A stretch of 43,332 nucleotides of DNA from Octopus bimaculoides. Its lineage: Eukaryota. The stretch is taken from positions 23,596,522 through 23,639,853 of the forward strand of contig NC_068996.1 of NCBI RefSeq assembly GCF_001194135.2, read 5' to 3'. Under the pieces are notes generated by a model, which was given only the letters and a program-made list of their open reading frames with translations, had not been told where the DNA came from and made no database searches. This document shows, piece by piece, positions 1 through 43,332 of the stretch. Positions within the stretch are counted from its first letter, which is position 1, and each line of letters opens with the position of its first letter. The position numbers and the translations under genes were made by a program.

Positions 1-608
1 ACCCTGGATCCTGCACAGAATTAAGCAAGTTTATTACAATCCATTCTTAGTACCTAGGAAACGAATAATAAAGGAAGACCAATGTTCTTCAAGTGAGAAC
101 ATTTACAAAGATTGTATCCTGAAGTTACTGCACAAAATGTTTCAGTTGGAACGCAGATATTTTCTTTTACTTTTCTAAACTTTATCAACTTGATCATTTT
201 GTTGCTGTCGATGTTGTCATCACATTCTGACTAAATTGATCACTTTGACAGATCACTTATTAAGCCAAAAAAAAAAAAAAGAGTATAAAAAGAGATCATG
301 ACTTATTTTTAAGGTTCCACATCTCAGTCTTAGAATGAATTGTAAAATTATATTCCAAATGTAACTTGGCACCATTGTTATGTTTTTTTGTTTTTTAAAA
401 TTTTTTTTTACCTACCAACTAAATGAAAAGCATTGTCATGAAGTCTAAATCCAAGACATGTACTAGCCAAAGTATATTTTGGTAGCAATAAGGCACAAAA
501 TATTGATAGGAAATCTTGTCAAATGTTTAATTTCAAATCTACAATAGGAATTGGTTAAGCTCTGTACGAGTGTTACAGCAGCAGAAAATAATTAATCAGA
601 GCAAATAA

Positions 609-918
609 CCTTTAATTCTTCTATTACAGCATTTCTAATAAAAATACAGTGCTATGTGTTTTGAGACATTTTAAGAAATAAAATTAAATAATAATAAAGC
701 ATTAAGGAACTGTTTAGTAAAATATTTAACTAATTTATTTAAATATTGAAATAAAATTTTGTAAATGCTTCTTATATTATGAACATTTACCGACTGATAT
801 ATTTCAATAACGAGATTTTGATTTCAAAATGGAGACTATAATATGGGCGGTTTCAGGTAGGTTTATATTACAAGACCAAGGGTGGTCTTAATTGGATATC
901 GAAAATGGTTAAATAGGG
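609..918. mobile_element. Possible degraded piggyBac-type non-autonomous element downstream of ILK
   Basis: Right end AGGGTGGTCTTAATTGGATATCGAAAATGGTTAAATAGGG|TTAA resembles the reverse complement of 38063-38100; left end is uncertain. Confidence 0.35.
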
Positions 919-1374
919 TTAAAAAACAAAAAAAGAAAAACTGGTTTAAGTTTCATAACAATTAAAAACTACTATTAAGGAAATAATTAGAATAAAAAAT
1001 AGTTTTAAAAGCTAGCATTTGATAAAAATATCTTTATTAAAATTAATGAAACAATAGCAAATAAATAAAAAAAATCTAAAAAACATGAAAAATAACATGG
1101 CTATTAATTAAATAAATGCTTTTTCTCTTTTTAAAGTTTTTTCACTTTCTTTGAAATTTAAATTGCTTTAAATAACATGCTTAAAATTTAAAATTAATGA
1201 AAAATAAATGATTCAAAGGAAAGATTTATGAAATGCAGAGGAAAAAGGCTTTTAGTTTTCTTTTAGTTAAATTTAAAATACTTTTTTAGATAGAATTTTT
1301 TTCTTTAAGAAAGGTGAGATATTAATTAATTAACTAAAAAAATAAAGAGGTAATGTTAAGAGGGGAAGAAAATT

Positions 1375-1392
1375 TTTATTACCACTTTTATT
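1375..1392 (-). promoter_or_regulatory. Candidate tandem polyadenylation signals for ILK (AATAAA x2 on minus strand)
   Basis: TTTATT on + at 1375-1380 and 1387-1392, with U-rich sequence downstream on the minus strand; would give a ~1 kb 3'UTR. AATAAA is common by chance here (others at 734-739 and 30-35). Confidence 0.25.
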
Positions 1393-2117
1393 TATGTTGT
1401 ATTCATATCGATTTGAATCATTTTCCAGAGTGTTTCAGATTAAGAATGAATTACCAATTTGGAACATTGTGGAAGGAAGGTTCCAGATTAAAATAAGTAA
1501 TTTTCGGGAAGCATGTGTAAAATGTAAGTGTGCATGTGTGTCTGAGTGTACAAATGAAAGAAAACAAGATGTATTTGGATTTCTTCATGTAATTGAAGTT
1601 GAGTTTTTACACCAGATTGAAGCCATCAAATAAAATGAATGTGTGTGAATTTAAAAAACAAACCTTTCCAACTGAATTAAAAGAAGCAGCACTTACATTT
1701 CTAAAGGTAAAACTAATCATTTTAAAAATTTAAGTTTAAATATGTCAGTAATTCTTTTATAATTTGATGACATTTTTAATAATTGTATTTAACAATTTTT
1801 TTATAATATTAAAATTTTTTTTTAGTTTAAATATAAGATCTATAAGACTTTAAAATAATAATTAAAAAACCAGAATAATTAATTAATATATGGATTGCAA
1901 TCAATCACAATTATAGAATTAGTAAAATTTAGTCCTGTTGTGCTGTAATTAGCAACTGTGTTGTAATTAGCAACATTTGTTTAGTATCAGTTTATATACA
2001 TCAATATCAACATATCTCTATAAAATCTCTTTCTGGTTGTAAATATTTTCTCAAAAGCAGTAATATAATATATAAGGGTGTAGATAAAACATAAAGTATA
2101 TAGATAATTCTTTTTAG

Positions 2118-2118
<1 letters not shown>

Positions 2119-2159
<41 letters not shown>

Positions 2160-2190
2160 CTCAATTCATGTATGACAATATTTAATTAAT

Positions 2191-2249
<59 letters not shown>

Positions 2250-2262
2250 CAACAATAATAAT
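2119..2262. repeat. (TA)n at 2119-2156 and (AAT/AAC)n at 2193-2262, in the presumptive ILK 3'UTR
   Basis: Direct inspection; begins ~70 nt after the stop codon. Confidence 0.95.
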
Positions 2263-2330
2263 TTCAGAAAAATTAATGTTTCCCTATCAGAATAATAATT
2301 TTCTAAAATATATGACAAAGTGTTTGTTGT

Positions 2331-41290
<38,960 letters not shown>

Positions 41291-41317
41291 CTGAAAAGAC
41301 ATGAAACACAAATATAT

Positions 41318-42151
41318 ATCATCATCGTTTAACGTCCGCTTTCCATGCTAGCATGGGTTGGACGATTTGACTGAGGACTGGTGAAACCGGATGGCAACAC
41401 CAGGCTCCAGTCTAATTTGGCAGAGTTTCTACAGCTGGATGCCCTTCCTAACACCAACCACTCAGAGAGTGTAGTGGGTGCGTTTACGTGTCACCTGCAC
41501 GAAAANNNNNNNNNNNNNNNNNNNNNNNNNNNNNNNNNNNNNNNNNNNNNNNNNNNNNNNNNNNNNNNNNNNNNNNNNNNNNNNNNNNNNNNNNNNNNNN
41601 NNNNNNNNNNNNNNNNNNNNNNNNNNNNNNNNNNNNNNNNNNNNNNNNNNNNNNNNNNNNNNNNNNNNNNNNNNNNNNNNNNNNNNNNNNNNNNNNNNNN
41701 NNNNNNNNNNNNNNNNNNNNNNNNNNNNNNNNNNNNNNNNNNNNNNNNNNNNNNNNNNNNNNNNNNNNNNNNNNNNNNNNNNNNNNNNNNNNNNNNNNNN
41801 NNNNNNNNNNNNNNNNNNNNNNNNNNNNNNNNNNNNNNNNNNNNNNNNNNNNNNNNNNNNNNNNNNNNNNNNNNNNNNNNNNNNNNNNNNNNNNNNNNNN
41901 NNNNNNNNNNNNNNNNNNAAGGTCTTGCCTCACCACCTCAGCCCAGGTCTTCCTGGGCCTACCTCTTCCACGGGTTCCCTCAACTGTTAGGGTGTGGCAC
42001 TTTTTCACGCAGCTATCCTCATCCATTCTCACCACATGTCCATACCAGCGCAATCGTCTCTCTTGCACACCACAACTGATGCTTCTAATGTTCAGCTTTT
42101 CTCTCAAGATACTTACACTCTGACGGGTATTCACATTGACATTACACATCC

Positions 42152-42152
<1 letters not shown>
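41318..42152 (-). mobile_element. 5'-truncated RTE-clade LINE (ORF2 C-terminus + 3'UTR + (GAT)n tail), interrupted by an N gap
   Basis: 41920-42152 translates on minus to WMCNVNV...QERRLRWYGHVVRMDEDSCVKKCHTLTVEGTRGRGRPRKTWAEVVRQDL, a typical RTE ORF2 end; tail ...GCGGACGTTAAACGATGATGAT ends at 41318; possible ATATATAT TSD. Confidence 0.9.
41506..41919. other. Assembly gap (N run) inside RTE copy
   Basis: Ns. Confidence 1.
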
Positions 42153-42180
<28 letters not shown>

Positions 42181-42183
<3 letters not shown>

Positions 42184-42309
42184 GCAGAGGCACCTGTCAT
42201 TGCACAGGAATGAAATTTTTCCTTATATATTGGAAGAAAAAAGCAAAATATGCATAGAAATTTGTTATTCTTAATTCAATTTATTCTTCAATTGGGAAAT
42301 CAATTCTGA

Positions 42310-42399
<90 letters not shown>

Positions 42400-43275
42400 C
42401 GAAAACACAAAATTTACCACTATTATGAAAAGAGATAAATTCTACGACATATGTTGAAGGAAATTACGTAAGAGCTTTTGGGTAAACAACATTCTTTGTT
42501 TTCTGGTTTGGAGCATAGACAAATAAGTCTTACAAAGTACTAACCCTGGAGCAACCAACATAAAGTTGACCATGAGAAAAGCAAGCTAGTAGATTTCAAA
42601 GACTGACCTTGAGCTTTATCAATTGACATTGCAAACCTAAGTTGCACTGGGAATTGTGTTCGTTTGAACTCAGATGGCATGTCTGTTGGTTTGATTGGAA
42701 TTCTTGGAAAGAAAGCCTCTTCCCCAAAGGCACATCCATTGATGATGGTAGCTTCTGTCACATTAAGTTGTAATATCTTCACAATCAACCTTGTCCCATT
42801 GCATAATTTAGGAGGATCTAAATTTTTATTTCATCAGTTCCTGTTCGTTTCAGAATGACTAGTAATGTCTGTCTGAAATCTCCTTATAAGACTAATGTAA
42901 CTCCTCCTATAGATTTATCGTTGCCTCTGATGTCCTGTTAGGTTTTACCAAGAGCTTCCATTGCACCTCTATGTGACATGGTGCATTCATCCCAAATGAT
43001 CAGGTGGCATTGGCACAATGCTTCTGGTGAAGCTGAATCTTTGCTTGTGTTACAAATTGGACTGTCATTTGTGACCAGGTTTAGTGGTAATTTAAAAGCA
43101 GAATGAGCTGTTCTTCCTCCTGGGAGAATGGTGGCAGCAAAGCCAGACAATGGTACAGCAACTGCAATTCTTTTTTGTTCCCTTACCTTGGAGAGAAGCA
43201 ATGTTACAAATGTTTTACCTGTGCCACCAGGAGCATCAAGAAAGAAAATTCCTCTGCTTTTTTCTGGCAACTGTG
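42181..43275 (-). mobile_element. Decayed Helitron: PIF1-helicase remnants with internal deletion and intact 3' terminus
   Basis: Minus-strand frames: FFLDAPGGTGKTF, GGRTAHSAFKLPL, LIIWDECTM, GDFRQTL, DPPKLCNGTRL, RTQFPVQLRFAMSIDKAQGQSL, CFSHGQLYVGCSRV, KNVVYPKALT* (stop ends 42464). 3' hairpin CCTGTGCAATGACAGG (42193-42208), then CTAG|T at 42184-42180. 5' end not seen. Confidence 0.92.
42310..42398. repeat. (ATT)11 immediately followed by (AAT)n: perfect 66-bp palindrome 42310-42375
   Basis: Direct inspection; lies inside the Helitron 3' region. Confidence 0.9.
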
Positions 43276-43332
43276 GAACACCGCACGCACACACATATAC
43301 ACACACAAACACATACACATACATATACATAC

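Noticed and set aside
1394-1633. 79-aa + strand ORF
   Set aside because: No recognisable homology or splice context; antisense to the probable ILK 3'UTR.
42181-43332. Helitron gene capture, or a host PIF1 gene
   Set aside because: Frameshifts, stops, an internal deletion and a Helitron 3' terminus point to a dead transposon; no captured exon is recognisable.

Overview
AT-rich, microsatellite- and repeat-dense eukaryotic genomic DNA with five N gaps. The repeat families look like an octopus (coleoid cephalopod) draft assembly; this is recognition from memory, not a search result. The window holds the 3' ~80% of one minus-strand gene, integrin-linked kinase (ILK). I assembled 10 coding exons by hand (41290 down to 2331; 1098 nt, 365 aa + stop), all GT-AG and phase-consistent, covering the last ankyrin repeats and the whole pseudokinase domain. 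The 5' exons lie beyond the right edge. The introns (one is 19.2 kb) contain 5'-truncated RTE LINE copies, several SINE families, Tc1 and mariner relics, piggyBac-, hAT- and Tc1-type MITEs, and a decayed Helitron. I see no evidence of a novel protein-coding system. The best leads are: (i) near-identical inverted RTE 3' ends tightly bracketing ILK exons (circRNA / ADAR-substrate geometry); (ii) a mariner derivative built from two left ends joined at a 7-nt microhomology; (iii) a LINE-SINE pair sharing an RTE tail; (iv) a weak AAG acceptor competing with a stop-producing CAG; (v) substitutions at ILK R211 and the P-loop. Almost all ORF-track entries are microsatellite, N-gap or antisense artefacts.
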